The position numbers were made by a program, and so were the translations under genes. From assembly GCA_963666985.2 (NCBI GenBank), contig CAXXIA010000002.1:96001-160000 (forward strand): 64,000 nucleotides of DNA. Reading direction: 5' to 3'. Positions 19,760 to 28,837 of this stretch are shown piece after piece. The stretch comes from Spirochaetia bacterium. GTDB lineage: Bacteria > Spirochaetota > Spirochaetia > DSM-2461. Below the pieces are notes generated by a model that searched no databases, had not been told where the DNA came from, and was given only the letters and a program-made list of their open reading frames with translations. Positions within the stretch are counted from its first letter, which is position 1. The number at the start of each line of letters is the position of its first letter.

Positions 19760-20740
19760 TCAGCCGGCCAGAGCCTTGATTTCCCGATACTTGGAAAGGT
19801 CGCTGTAGAGCTCGCCTTTGTAGGGATTGCGGCCGGTTTTCTTGATTTTGATAATCATGTAAATCAGAACCGCCACGTTGACGGCCAGTGCGGCGATGCC
19901 CCAGGCCCAATAGATTCCGCTTTTGTAGGTGGATGTTACCGCCCAGCGTCCGGTGTCCTGGAAGGAGGGAAAGGTTTGAGCGAACATGCACCAGAGAGCC
20001 AGGGTTTGTGCGCGGTGCTGGAGCCAGGCGCCTTTTCCGATGGTAAACGCGCAGAGCGTGGGAGCCAGAAGCAGGGCGAATCCGCAGTACCATGAATGGG
20101 TGGGCAGGCAGTTGTAGGTGTAGGTGAAGTTCCACAAATCGTAGGCGATGATCCAGAACCAGAGCATGTCGGGCCAGAGCATGTCGCGGCTTGTATCCTT
20201 GGCGGTTTTCCGGCGGATAACAATGCCGAACCATCCGGTAATGGTGATGATATTGATGATGCCGGCGATGGCGTTCAGGTAGTTCCAGGGTCCGCCGAGA
20301 ACAAAAACGCCGTCATCGGCGGTGATGCCGCCTCCGGAATACTGCATTCCAACCTGGAAATCCCGCACACAGGCTTCCAGAATGTTGATGGCCAAAATCA
20401 GGGGCGGAAAAACCAGGGCCCATTTTTTCTCGTACAGGTGCCATTCGTTGCCGCCGACTTTGTCTTTTCCTTTCAGGTGGCGGATCAGCCAGAAACCGAT
20501 ACATCCGGCGGTGGAGGAATACACTTTGGCCAGGTGAAACCAGTCGGTGTAGGTGGTTTCACTGAATATGGTTATCCACAGAACCGTCAGGATAATCGGC
20601 AGAATAACGAAGGCGAAGAATCCGGCGTATTTGAAGCGCCGGGTTATTTCGTTGGCGATGAATAGTACGGCAAAGACCAAAAGCCACACGCCCCAAACGG
20701 ATGCGCCGGTTGCTCCTGCGGCATAATTGAATGTGAACAT
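19760..20740 (-). CDS. DUF5692 family polytopic membrane protein
   Basis: WFHLAKVYS, ILAINILEACVRDF, DMLWPDMLWFWIIAYDLWNF, WLQHRAQTLALW; many TM helices. Confidence 0.75.
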   Translation of the reverse strand: MFTFNYAAGATGASVWGVWLLVFAVLFIANEITRRFKYAGFFAFVILPIILTVLWITIFSETTYTDWFHLAKVYSSTAGCIGFWLIRHLKGKDKVGGNEWHLYEKKWALVFPPLILAINILEACVRDFQVGMQYSGGGITADDGVFVLGGPWNYLNAIAGIINIITITGWFGIVIRRKTAKDTSRDMLWPDMLWFWIIAYDLWNFTYTYNCLPTHSWYCGFALLLAPTLCAFTIGKGAWLQHRAQTLALWCMFAQTFPSFQDTGRWAVTSTYKSGIYWAWGIAALAVNVAVLIYMIIKIKKTGRNPYKGELYSDLSKYREIKALAG

Positions 20741-20903
20741 AGCGTTACCACTCTCTGGAAAAAGATTATCAACCTCAGAACATTAAGAACTTGGGTTGGT
20801 TTTTTTCTTTTTGAACTTTTTCTTTAAAAATTTGGATGGCTCGCGATCGGCGAATCCATGGCAAACCAAGGGCATTGTAATCCATCTTCACTTTTTTACA
20901 ATT

Positions 20904-20916
20904 GGAACACTGTTAA
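20904..20916. promoter_or_regulatory. Candidate TetR operator copy upstream of the DUF5692 gene
   Basis: gGAACACTGTTaa, which shares GAACACTGTT with the palindrome at 21683. Confidence 0.5.
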
Positions 20917-20967
20917 ATTCGTTATTTTTTTATTGTTTCTTTGAAGGATTAATCGAAAACAGTTTTT

Positions 20968-21555
20968 TTAGGAGGTTTCCCCGCAGAAGGAATCCAGAAT
21001 AAGGCTTAAGTCTTCCCGGAGTTTTTCATTAAGATTGTATCGGCCGCTAAGAAGGCACCATTCGAAGAGAACACCCCGCCCGCTTCTGATCAGCCGGTCG
21101 ATCAAAGCATCGATATCGGTTCCGGTCCGCAAATCCGACCGCCCGGCGTTCATCACTTTTCTCAACTGAACATAAATGGGCCGATCCGTTTGAATGGCAT
21201 ACTTTTGAGAGCTGGCGAGCAGATAAAGGTAGCTTTGGGTAACCACTTCCCATCCAAGGTCTTCCAATATTCCGCCGGCTTCTTCAAAAAGATAAAGAAC
21301 ATTCGCTTTGAGGTCTTCTCCGTAATGATGATGGAGTATTTTTTCCTCCCAGAGCAAATCCAGCTGCTGGTGGATTGTGTTGATGATTTCTTCCTTGGAT
21401 TTAAAGTAGTAGTAAAAACTGCCTATGGAAATTGAAGCGGCGCCGCAAATATCCCGAACCGACACGGCGGCAAAGCCGTATTTTTGAAACAGGGACATTG
21501 CGCTGAGGGTGATTTTCAATTTGGTGGCAATAGATTTTTTTTTCTTTTCATTCAT
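20968..21555 (-). CDS. TetR/AcrR family regulator
   Basis: AMSLFQKYGFAAVSVRDICGAASISIGSFYYYFKSKEEI. Start placed at MNEKKKKS; the longer ORF overlaps the hypB promoter. Confidence 0.92.
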   Translation of the reverse strand: MNEKKKKSIATKLKITLSAMSLFQKYGFAAVSVRDICGAASISIGSFYYYFKSKEEIINTIHQQLDLLWEEKILHHHYGEDLKANVLYLFEEAGGILEDLGWEVVTQSYLYLLASSQKYAIQTDRPIYVQLRKVMNAGRSDLRTGTDIDALIDRLIRSGRGVLFEWCLLSGRYNLNEKLREDLSLILDSFCGETS

Positions 21556-21682
21556 GGATTTGTGAAGATTCAGTAAAAATACACCAAAACTCTTCAGAAC
21601 GAACAGATTCCCGGTCATCTTAAGAACAAATAATAGATAATTAATTATTGAAAAGTCGCCGTTTCCATGAAATACTGATATT

Positions 21683-21695
21683 CGAACACTGTTCG
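21683..21695. promoter_or_regulatory. Candidate TetR operator immediately before the hypB RBS
   Basis: Perfect palindrome CGAACA-C-TGTTCG in the divergent tetR/hypB intergenic region. Confidence 0.6.
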
Positions 21696-21709
21696 GTTTG
21701 GAGCGTCCA

Positions 21710-22381
21710 ATGAACAAATTTAAGGTAATTGAAATTAAGAAAAGCGTTTATGAAAGCAATGACAAGAAGGCTGAGAAACTCCGGGCGGAGCTGAAATCCG
21801 ACGGAATTTTCCTCTTGAATCTCATGTCTTCACCCGGATCGGGGAAAACCACCACCGTGATGGGAACAATTGATGCTCTCAAAGAACACTTTGCGATTGC
21901 GGTGCTGGAAGCCGATTTGGATTCCGACGTGGACGCGGCCACCGTTTCCGCTTCGGGGGTGAAAGTAATTCAGCTCCACACCGGCGGAATGTGCCATCTG
22001 GATGCCGGCATGACCGAGCAGGGAATTAATGCGATCGGTTTGGAGGGAATCGATTTGGCGATTCTGGAAAACGTCGGGAATCTGATTTGCCCGGCCGAAT
22101 TTGATACCGGCGCTTCCAAAAGCGCCATGATTCTCAGTGTGCCCGAAGGCGATGATAAGCCTCTGAAATATCCGAACATGTTTACCAAAGTAGATGCCCT
22201 GATTGTAAACAAAATGGATGCCGCCGAGTTTTTTGAGTTTGATCTTGAAGCCGTGAAAAATCGGGTTGAAAAATTGAATCCGGGGGTAAAGATTTTCCCC
22301 ATGTCGGCGAAAACCGGCGAGGGAATGAAAGAATGGGCCGACTGGCTGGCTTCGGAAGTTATCAAATGGAAGGAGAACTGA
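21710..22381 (+). CDS. hypB: Nickel-incorporation GTPase HypB
   Basis: LNLMSSPGSGKTT, TGGMCHLDA, ENVGNLICPAEFDTG, SVPEGDDKPLKYP, NKMD, SAKTGEG. Confidence 0.95.
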   Translation: MNKFKVIEIKKSVYESNDKKAEKLRAELKSDGIFLLNLMSSPGSGKTTTVMGTIDALKEHFAIAVLEADLDSDVDAATVSASGVKVIQLHTGGMCHLDAGMTEQGINAIGLEGIDLAILENVGNLICPAEFDTGASKSAMILSVPEGDDKPLKYPNMFTKVDALIVNKMDAAEFFEFDLEAVKNRVEKLNPGVKIFPMSAKTGEGMKEWADWLASEVIKWKEN

Positions 22382-22384
22382 CAA

Positions 22385-25150
22385 ATGGATGTCTTTGCCG
22401 ATCTGAAAGCCGACACAACCGATCAATCAAAAATGTGGTTCCCGGAAGGGTATGAATGCAAGTACAACGAGAAGATTCTGGCTCTGGCGAATATTATCGG
22501 AAACCGCAAAAGCGCCAAGTCATCCTATACATGGGAAGATCCGGAATATGTCATCCTCGAAGCCGGTATCGATGATGAAATGGCGGATGTGGCTTTGGGG
22601 CTTAAACTGTATGAAAAACAGACCGCGGAGGATATCTCCAAAATCGTAAACAAGCCCGTGGATCACTGCCATGAGCAGCTGATGAAGCTGGCCGTGTACG
22701 GTGCCTGTTTTGTGAATACCGTTGACGGCAAGGATGTGTTCTGGGCGGAAACCTGGATTCCCGGCACCATGGAAGTAATTGTAAACAATCTTGATGTCGT
22801 GAAGAAATATCCGATTGTCGGTTATGCCATGGAAGCCTACGGCCGGGTTCGCGGACCCAAGAGTTCCGGTGCATTCCGTCCGGGGATGGGCCTGATGCGG
22901 GTGATTCCCATTGAGTCGGCCATCGACGGGAACAGCCATAGAGCATCCTACGAAGAGGTTTCCAAATATCTCAATGATAACGATGTTTTTACTGTAACCG
23001 ACTGTTCCTGCCGAACCGACCGTGAAGCCATGGGCGAAGGGTGCGGCCATTTAAAGGAAGATATGTGTATCCAGATGGGACACGCCGCCGAATACTACAT
23101 TAAAACCGGCCGCGGACGGCAGATTACCCGGGAAGAAGCCTTTGAAATTATTAAAAAAGCCGAAGAAAACGGGCTGATGCACCAGATTCCGAATCTGGAC
23201 GGCAGCGGAAAAACCCATGCCATCTGTAACTGCTGCGGCTGCAGCTGCCTATCGCTCCGAACGGCGGAAATGTTTAAAAACACCGACATGGTACGCTCCA
23301 ACTACGTGGCCCGGGTGGATACCTCGCAATGCGTGGCCTGCGGTCAGTGCGTGGAATACTGCCCTGTAAACGCTTTAAGATTGGGCCAAAAACTCTGTTC
23401 TTCCAAAGAAGTTGTTACGGATATCACCACCAAAGATACTCCCCGCGATCTGAAATGGACCGAGGAATACTGGAACACCGAGTACAGAACCAACCGGGAA
23501 AATGTGGTGGAGAGTGGAACCTCCCCCTGTAAAACCGCATGCCCGGCTCATATCGGGGTTCAGGGCTACATCAAGTTGGCCGCCCAGGGTAAATATATGG
23601 AAGCTCTGGAACTGATTCGCCATGAGAACCCGCTTCCGGCCGTTTGCGGCCGTATCTGCAATCGGCGCTGCGAGGATGCCTGCACCCGCGGAAGCATCGA
23701 TGATCCGATAGCCATTGATGAAATCAAGAAGTTCATCGCCGAAATCGAACTGGATAAATCCAAACGTTTTGTTCCGAGAATCCGTCATGATTACAGCGAC
23801 AAGAAGGTGGCCATTATCGGTTCGGGCCCGGCCGGATTATCCTGTGCCTACTATCTGGCTCTGGATGGTTATACCGTTACCGTTTTTGAAAAAGAGAGCC
23901 GCCTCGGCGGTATGCTGACCCTCGGACTTCCGAATTTCCGTTTGGAAAAAGATGTGGTGGAAGCGGAAATCGACATGATCCGCGACATGGGCGTGGAGTT
24001 TAAAACCGGAGTTGAAATCGGTAAGGATATTTCCATCGCCGAACTTCGCGATCAGGGATATAACGCCTTTTATGTGGCCATCGGTGCTCAGGGCGGAAGA
24101 ATGATTGGAGTTCCCGGAGAAGACGCCGAAGGCGTGATGAGCGGAATCGAATTCCTCCGTATCATTAATCAGGATCAAACTTACAAACTTTCGGGCAACA
24201 CGGTTGTGATCGGCGGCGGAAACGTGGCCATCGATGTTTCCCGGACGGCGGTTCGGGCCGGAGATGCAAAGGTGAGCCAGTTCTGTCTGGAATCCCGTGA
24301 GCAGATGCCGGCACTGGAAGAAGAAATTGTCGAGGCCGAAGAAGAAGGCATCACCATCAGTACCAGCTGGGGCCCGAAACAGATTCTTGTTGAAAACGGC
24401 AAAGTTAAAGGTATCGAGTTCAAAAAATGTACCGCCGTATTTGATGCGGAAGGAAAATTCAATCCCCAGTATGATGAAAATGACTGCATGAGCGTGGAAG
24501 CCGACAACATTCTTCTTTCCGTCGGACAGTCCATCGTATGGGGCGATCTCCTGAACGATTCCAAAGTGGAACTTCGCGGTAACGGCGGTATCATTGCCGA
24601 TGATTTTACCTTCCAGACGGCGGAGAAAGATATTTTTGCCGGAGGGGATGTCTATTCCGGTCCCCGTTTTGCCATCGATGCGATTGCGGCCGGCAAGCAG
24701 GCGGCCGTTTCCATTCACCGTTTTGTTCAGCCGGGACAGAGTTTGGTTCTCGGACGCGACCGCCGGGTGTACAAAGAGCTGGATAAAGAGGCCGCCGTTA
24801 TTGAGAATTATGATAATACTCCGCGCCAGCGTCCTTTGAATGTAACGAGCGAAGAAAAACAGTCCCGAAGTTTCAACGATCTCCGGGGTGTGTTTACGGA
24901 AGATCAGCTGAAGAAAGAAACGGAACGCTGTTTGGGATGCGGGGCTACCATCGTGGATTCTTATATGTGCGTGGGATGCGGTCAGTGTACAACCAAGTGT
25001 CAATTCGATGCCATTTCCCTTGAGCGTGTATACGACGGCGAGGGTGTTGAATACTTTGACTTAAAGCCGAATGTTGTAAAACAGATGGTAAAACGGCAGG
25101 CCAAGATTGCCATCCGGAAGGTGAAAGATTCATTTAAAGGTGATAAATAG
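22385..25150 (+). CDS. Multi-domain Fe-S flavoprotein oxidoreductase: Cys-rich N-terminal domain, split ferredoxin and GltD-like pyridine nucleotide-FAD module
   Basis: DCSCR, ICNCCGCSC, CVACGQCVEYCP, CKTACP, CGRICNRRCEDAC, GSGPAG, GGGNVA, CLGCG, CVGCGQCTTKC. Confidence 0.9.
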   Translation: MDVFADLKADTTDQSKMWFPEGYECKYNEKILALANIIGNRKSAKSSYTWEDPEYVILEAGIDDEMADVALGLKLYEKQTAEDISKIVNKPVDHCHEQLMKLAVYGACFVNTVDGKDVFWAETWIPGTMEVIVNNLDVVKKYPIVGYAMEAYGRVRGPKSSGAFRPGMGLMRVIPIESAIDGNSHRASYEEVSKYLNDNDVFTVTDCSCRTDREAMGEGCGHLKEDMCIQMGHAAEYYIKTGRGRQITREEAFEIIKKAEENGLMHQIPNLDGSGKTHAICNCCGCSCLSLRTAEMFKNTDMVRSNYVARVDTSQCVACGQCVEYCPVNALRLGQKLCSSKEVVTDITTKDTPRDLKWTEEYWNTEYRTNRENVVESGTSPCKTACPAHIGVQGYIKLAAQGKYMEALELIRHENPLPAVCGRICNRRCEDACTRGSIDDPIAIDEIKKFIAEIELDKSKRFVPRIRHDYSDKKVAIIGSGPAGLSCAYYLALDGYTVTVFEKESRLGGMLTLGLPNFRLEKDVVEAEIDMIRDMGVEFKTGVEIGKDISIAELRDQGYNAFYVAIGAQGGRMIGVPGEDAEGVMSGIEFLRIINQDQTYKLSGNTVVIGGGNVAIDVSRTAVRAGDAKVSQFCLESREQMPALEEEIVEAEEEGITISTSWGPKQILVENGKVKGIEFKKCTAVFDAEGKFNPQYDENDCMSVEADNILLSVGQSIVWGDLLNDSKVELRGNGGIIADDFTFQTAEKDIFAGGDVYSGPRFAIDAIAAGKQAAVSIHRFVQPGQSLVLGRDRRVYKELDKEAAVIENYDNTPRQRPLNVTSEEKQSRSFNDLRGVFTEDQLKKETERCLGCGATIVDSYMCVGCGQCTTKCQFDAISLERVYDGEGVEYFDLKPNVVKQMVKRQAKIAIRKVKDSFKGDK

Positions 25151-25155
25151 CTTCG

Positions 25156-25497
25156 ATGCATGAACTGGGTATCGTGATGCATATCGCAGAAACGGTTCTG
25201 GAATTGATGAAGGAAGAAGAGCTGACCGAGGTACGGAAAATCGTGCTTCAGGTTGGCGAACTTTCCGCCGTTATTCCCCGCTATCTGATGGAATGCTATC
25301 CGGCGGCCGTTGATGGAACGGCGCTGGAAAAAACCGAGCTGGAGATAGAGATTCTTCCCGGTAACGGTAAATGCCGCGCTTGCGGGGAAGTGTATAATCT
25401 TCTCAAAAATAAGCGAATCTGCCCCAAGTGTGGGGCGGATCATTTTGAATTCTTAAGTGGGGATGAATTCAATTTGAAAGAGATTCTCGCCTGTTGA
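25156..25497 (+). CDS. hypA: Nickel metallochaperone HypA
   Basis: N-terminal MHE Ni motif, VGELSAV, CRAC...CPKC zinc site, GDEF. Confidence 0.95.
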   Translation: MHELGIVMHIAETVLELMKEEELTEVRKIVLQVGELSAVIPRYLMECYPAAVDGTALEKTELEIEILPGNGKCRACGEVYNLLKNKRICPKCGADHFEFLSGDEFNLKEILAC

Positions 25498-25714
25498 GAG
25501 AATCTTTTAAGCCATGAAACGCCTTTGATATCTTTAAAAGACCGCGACGGGGGATGCCGCGATTTTGTCAATTTTCGGTGAGATTAGCCGACCTCGTCCG
25601 CTGTATTCGTTTTAAGCGGCCATTGGGCATCATCTGCAAGGAAAGGGACCCCGGGCGGAACATGCTGGGGGTGTATGGCACCTTGAGCGTCCGGCGCTCT
25701 GCCGGATGAGGTGC

Positions 25715-26344
25715 TTATACGCCCGATGCCGGTTTGACGGCCAATTCTCCGGCGGCGGCGAACCATCCGGGAGAATCTTCAACAGTGATGCCGCCAAATC
25801 CGTATTCCGCCAGTTTGGACCGGAAGTATTCCACCGGCGGCAGGATGTCTTCGGAGACTTCCCGGCCTCTCCCGATATGGTACTCATTCAATTCCCGCCG
25901 GCTTAATGAATGCGTGATGACTAAGGTTCCGCCGACCTTCAGATAAGAAGCCGCGTTTCTGAAGACGGGATCGAACCGATCAAAATGAGGAAATGTATTG
26001 AAAATGATGACCTTGTCGGCTGCAATTTGACGGTTTATCGGTTCCAGAAACGACTTATGGATGATGTCCAGGGAGGGAAACTTCCTTTTCAGGATTTTTA
26101 CCATTTCGGCGGAATTCTCCACCGCATAAATATGCTTCACCCCGGCGTTCCGATAATACGGTATGGCAATCCCGGTTCCCGAACCGACGTCCATCACCGT
26201 ATCGTTTACCCCAATATGGAACTCCGTGATTATCCGCTCAAGAGCCGCATGATCCTCTCGGCGAATTCGAGTATCCCAATCCGGAGCATTCCGGCAGAAG
26301 AATGTGTTTCGGTGTAACATAAACGGCTGCAGATTAAGGTTCAT
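25715..26344 (-). CDS. Class I SAM-dependent methyltransferase
   Basis: FF...APDWD, VMDVGSGTG, FPHF, LKVGGTLVITH. Start reassigned because the listed ORF extends into the upstream gene. Confidence 0.85.
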   Translation of the reverse strand: MNLNLQPFMLHRNTFFCRNAPDWDTRIRREDHAALERIITEFHIGVNDTVMDVGSGTGIAIPYYRNAGVKHIYAVENSAEMVKILKRKFPSLDIIHKSFLEPINRQIAADKVIIFNTFPHFDRFDPVFRNAASYLKVGGTLVITHSLSRRELNEYHIGRGREVSEDILPPVEYFRSKLAEYGFGGITVEDSPGWFAAAGELAVKPASGV

Positions 26345-26535
26345 GAGAACATACCCTTCAAGAGGATCTCGATACAACCCCTCCCGGCCGATCGAGAAAA
26401 CAATCTTGGCGAATCTCGCCCCTCTTTCGCCGAAACCAGCATAAACCCGAACTGCTCCAGGAACCCGCTCCCGTCCCATCGCCGGGTGCTGCGGCATGTG
26501 TTTGCACCCGGCATATTCCGAATCGGCTTCGGGGA

Positions 26536-27000
26536 TCAGCCCGCGGAAATCGCCCCTGTTTTCGTATACACAAAACTTGTCAGGATTCCCAGGATCAGCA
26601 TCGCGATAACAGAATTGATCAGCTGGACCATGATGAGCGGGACCGGATAGCGAAAGAGCATGAATTGATTGAAGGCCTCCGGAATTGTTTTGATAAGAAT
26701 GACGGCCAAAGCGAAGAGCACGCCCTTGGCAAGCCAATTTCCCGGCAGCAGGGAAAATGCAACAACGAAAAGAAAGATAAAGAGCGCCACAAAGTACACC
26801 CCGAGAGCCGCGTTGAGTCCGATATAAACCCCGAGACCTCCGAAATCGCTCGTCTCTTTCATCACCGCCGGGACATTCAGCTTCTTGAAAATCCCGGATA
26901 CAAGGGGATTTACGTACAGAAGATTACCGACAATCATGTTGGCGACAAGAATCACGGGACTCCAGGCGAACACCTTCCAGAGAACGATCGAATGATTCAT
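26536..27000 (-). CDS. Four-TM hypothetical membrane protein
   Basis: AGGAGG RBS; four hydrophobic segments. Confidence 0.75.
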   Translation of the reverse strand: MNHSIVLWKVFAWSPVILVANMIVGNLLYVNPLVSGIFKKLNVPAVMKETSDFGGLGVYIGLNAALGVYFVALFIFLFVVAFSLLPGNWLAKGVLFALAVILIKTIPEAFNQFMLFRYPVPLIMVQLINSVIAMLILGILTSFVYTKTGAISAG

Positions 27001-27011
27001 TTAAACCTCCT

Positions 27012-27081
27012 TTCAACAGCTGTTTCGCAGCGCGAAATAGCAAGCCTTCAACAGCTGAATCGCAGCGCGATTTAGCGAGCC
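27012..27081. repeat. 2 x 35-bp tandem repeat, each unit a 10-bp hairpin with compensatory changes
   Basis: ttcaacagctgTTtcgcagcgcgaAAtagcaagcc / ttcaacagctgAAtcgcagcgcgaTTtagcgagcc. Confidence 0.9.
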
Positions 27082-27084
27082 TCT

Positions 27085-27861
27085 TTATAGAATCACCGAC
27101 CAAAACGGCCGGGATTTTTCCGTCGCCCTTGCGTCAAAGTTCCGAAACTCCGCTCTGAGTTTCCCCGCCGCCCATCCTTCGGGCAGAAGGCACCGAGGAA
27201 GCAGCGGATCTTCCGCAAGAACCTTCACAATCATGTCGCCGGTTTGAAACTTGGCCGCGAAGGCCTCTTCCGGTCCGGCCGAATCCAGTAAAACCCGCGC
27301 TTTTTCCGCCCCTTCAACAGCGGCCTTCATCCGATCGTTTAATCTCCCAAGGTCCCACATCCGTATCGCATCCCCGGCTCCGATTTCCGGATGAACTTTG
27401 GAAACCATCCATCGGCAGGTTCCATCCTCAATCCATTCGCTGAAAACGCTCTCCAAACGCTCCTCCGATTGCCATGGCCGAACCCAAAGTCCCGGATTCA
27501 AAGGGCGCAGGGCCTGATCCGTCAGTGCTCTCCGGAGCCGATGCCTCTCAGAACCCGGCGCACCGGATTGGAAAAAGGAAAGAAGGAAATAATCGCCGTT
27601 CCATCCTTCCCATAACGGCTCTGAAAAACGCCTGCTTATCCGGCCGCCGTACCTGCGGGCCGATTCTGAAAACACATAGATCGCTGTTTTTCCCTCCTTA
27701 CGGACAGTCAGCATTCCTCGTGTACTCATACGGGAAAGAACGGACCGAAGATTTGTTTCGGAAACACCGATCGGCCGCAAAAGTTCTTTCAGCTGAGAGA
27801 AACGAAGGCCCGAATATCCCAAGGAAGCAAACACCGCGAAGACGGCTTCGGATTCCTTCAT
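27085..27861 (-). CDS. PaaX family transcriptional regulator
   Basis: wHTH GVSETNLRSVLSRMSTRGML, WEGWNG, RHRLRRAL, PGLWVRP, C-terminal DPLLPRCLLPEGW; TATAAT 6 nt before the ATG. Confidence 0.88.
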   Translation of the reverse strand: MKESEAVFAVFASLGYSGLRFSQLKELLRPIGVSETNLRSVLSRMSTRGMLTVRKEGKTAIYVFSESARRYGGRISRRFSEPLWEGWNGDYFLLSFFQSGAPGSERHRLRRALTDQALRPLNPGLWVRPWQSEERLESVFSEWIEDGTCRWMVSKVHPEIGAGDAIRMWDLGRLNDRMKAAVEGAEKARVLLDSAGPEEAFAAKFQTGDMIVKVLAEDPLLPRCLLPEGWAAGKLRAEFRNFDARATEKSRPFWSVIL

Positions 27862-28231
27862 AAATCCATTATATCTCATATTATTTTCATTTGCTGTTTT
27901 TTTGTGATTTTTAAATGGTTTTTTAATGCCTCTGCAAACGGAGATCTGCGGACACGGCATCAACGCCGGCTTCCCAAGCCGCCTGCCGCATAATCTTCAT
28001 CTTTATTTCCGCTGCAAAACCGGTCGCCGGAGATAAAATGCTGCCGACCGAGCTATCTTCCCAAACCGCCGGTCACGAAAAACAATACCGGACATCGAAA
28101 CCAAGATGCCGCCTGCCGCCTCTACTTCCCCATCCCCCGGCTTCCAAACTGGACGACGATCCTTTCACTATGTATCTTTTAAACTCAAAAGAGTGCTGTT
28201 CACGATAACATCGCTCCAACGGAGGAAAAAT

Positions 28232-28837
28232 ATGCAAACAAAACACCGAAAACCGGCCAGGGGACTCATTCTGCTCGCGATCGCGGCCCTGCCACTCCTT
28301 TTCAGCGGATGCGGATACAACCGTATGGTCACCCTTGAAGAAGGCGTCAGCGCGGCCTGGTCCCAAGTGGAAAACGTCTACCAGCGGAGAATGGACCTTA
28401 TCCCCAATCTGGTGGAAACCGTTAAAGGCTACGCGGCCCACGAAGAGGAAACCCTCACCGCCCTTGCCGAAGCGCGCAGCCGGGCCGGCGGCGTGATGGA
28501 TATCGATGAGGATCTTTTGAACGATCCCGAAGCCTTCGCCCGCTTCCAGGAGGCCCAAGACGGCCTGGGAAGCGCTCTTCAGCGGCTGCTCGTGGTTACC
28601 GAGAACTATCCCGAACTGAAAGCCAACCAGAACTTCCTGGCCCTTCAAGATCAGCTGGAAGGCACAGAGAACCGCATCGCCGTGGAGCGCAAGCATTACA
28701 ACGACGCGGTAAGGGCCTACAACACGACCATCCGCCGATTTCCGCAGCTCATCATGGCCCGGATGACCGGTTTTGAAGCCAAACCGTACTTTGAAGCCTC
28801 CGAAGGTGCGAATATCGCGCCGAAGGTGGAATTTTAA
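28232..28837 (+). CDS. lemA: LemA family protein
   Basis: SGCGYN, WSQVENVYQRRMDLIPNLVETVKGYA, ENYPELKANQNF, LEGTENRIAVER. Confidence 0.96.
   Translation: MQTKHRKPARGLILLAIAALPLLFSGCGYNRMVTLEEGVSAAWSQVENVYQRRMDLIPNLVETVKGYAAHEEETLTALAEARSRAGGVMDIDEDLLNDPEAFARFQEAQDGLGSALQRLLVVTENYPELKANQNFLALQDQLEGTENRIAVERKHYNDAVRAYNTTIRRFPQLIMARMTGFEAKPYFEASEGANIAPKVEF

Noticed and set aside
19560..19808. 82-aa ORF with an AAGGAG RBS
   Set aside because: It is Pro/Arg-rich, non-globular and overlaps the DUF5692 3' end; an RBS alone is insufficient, though it is not excluded.
22385..25150. FeFe- or NiFe-hydrogenase subunit, or true glutamate synthase small subunit
   Set aside because: There are no H-cluster or NiFe L1/L2 motifs, no gltB, and the protein has a large extra N-terminal domain.
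25715..26737. 340-aa methyltransferase as listed (likewise the long starts at 21717, 27963, 28106, 34959, 41936, 48032, 50932, 60449 and 61589)
   Set aside because: The extensions overlap neighbouring genes or promoters; shorter starts have RBS or -10 support.
27012..27081. Mini-CRISPR (35-bp palindromic repeats)
   Set aside because: The copies are directly adjacent with no spacer.
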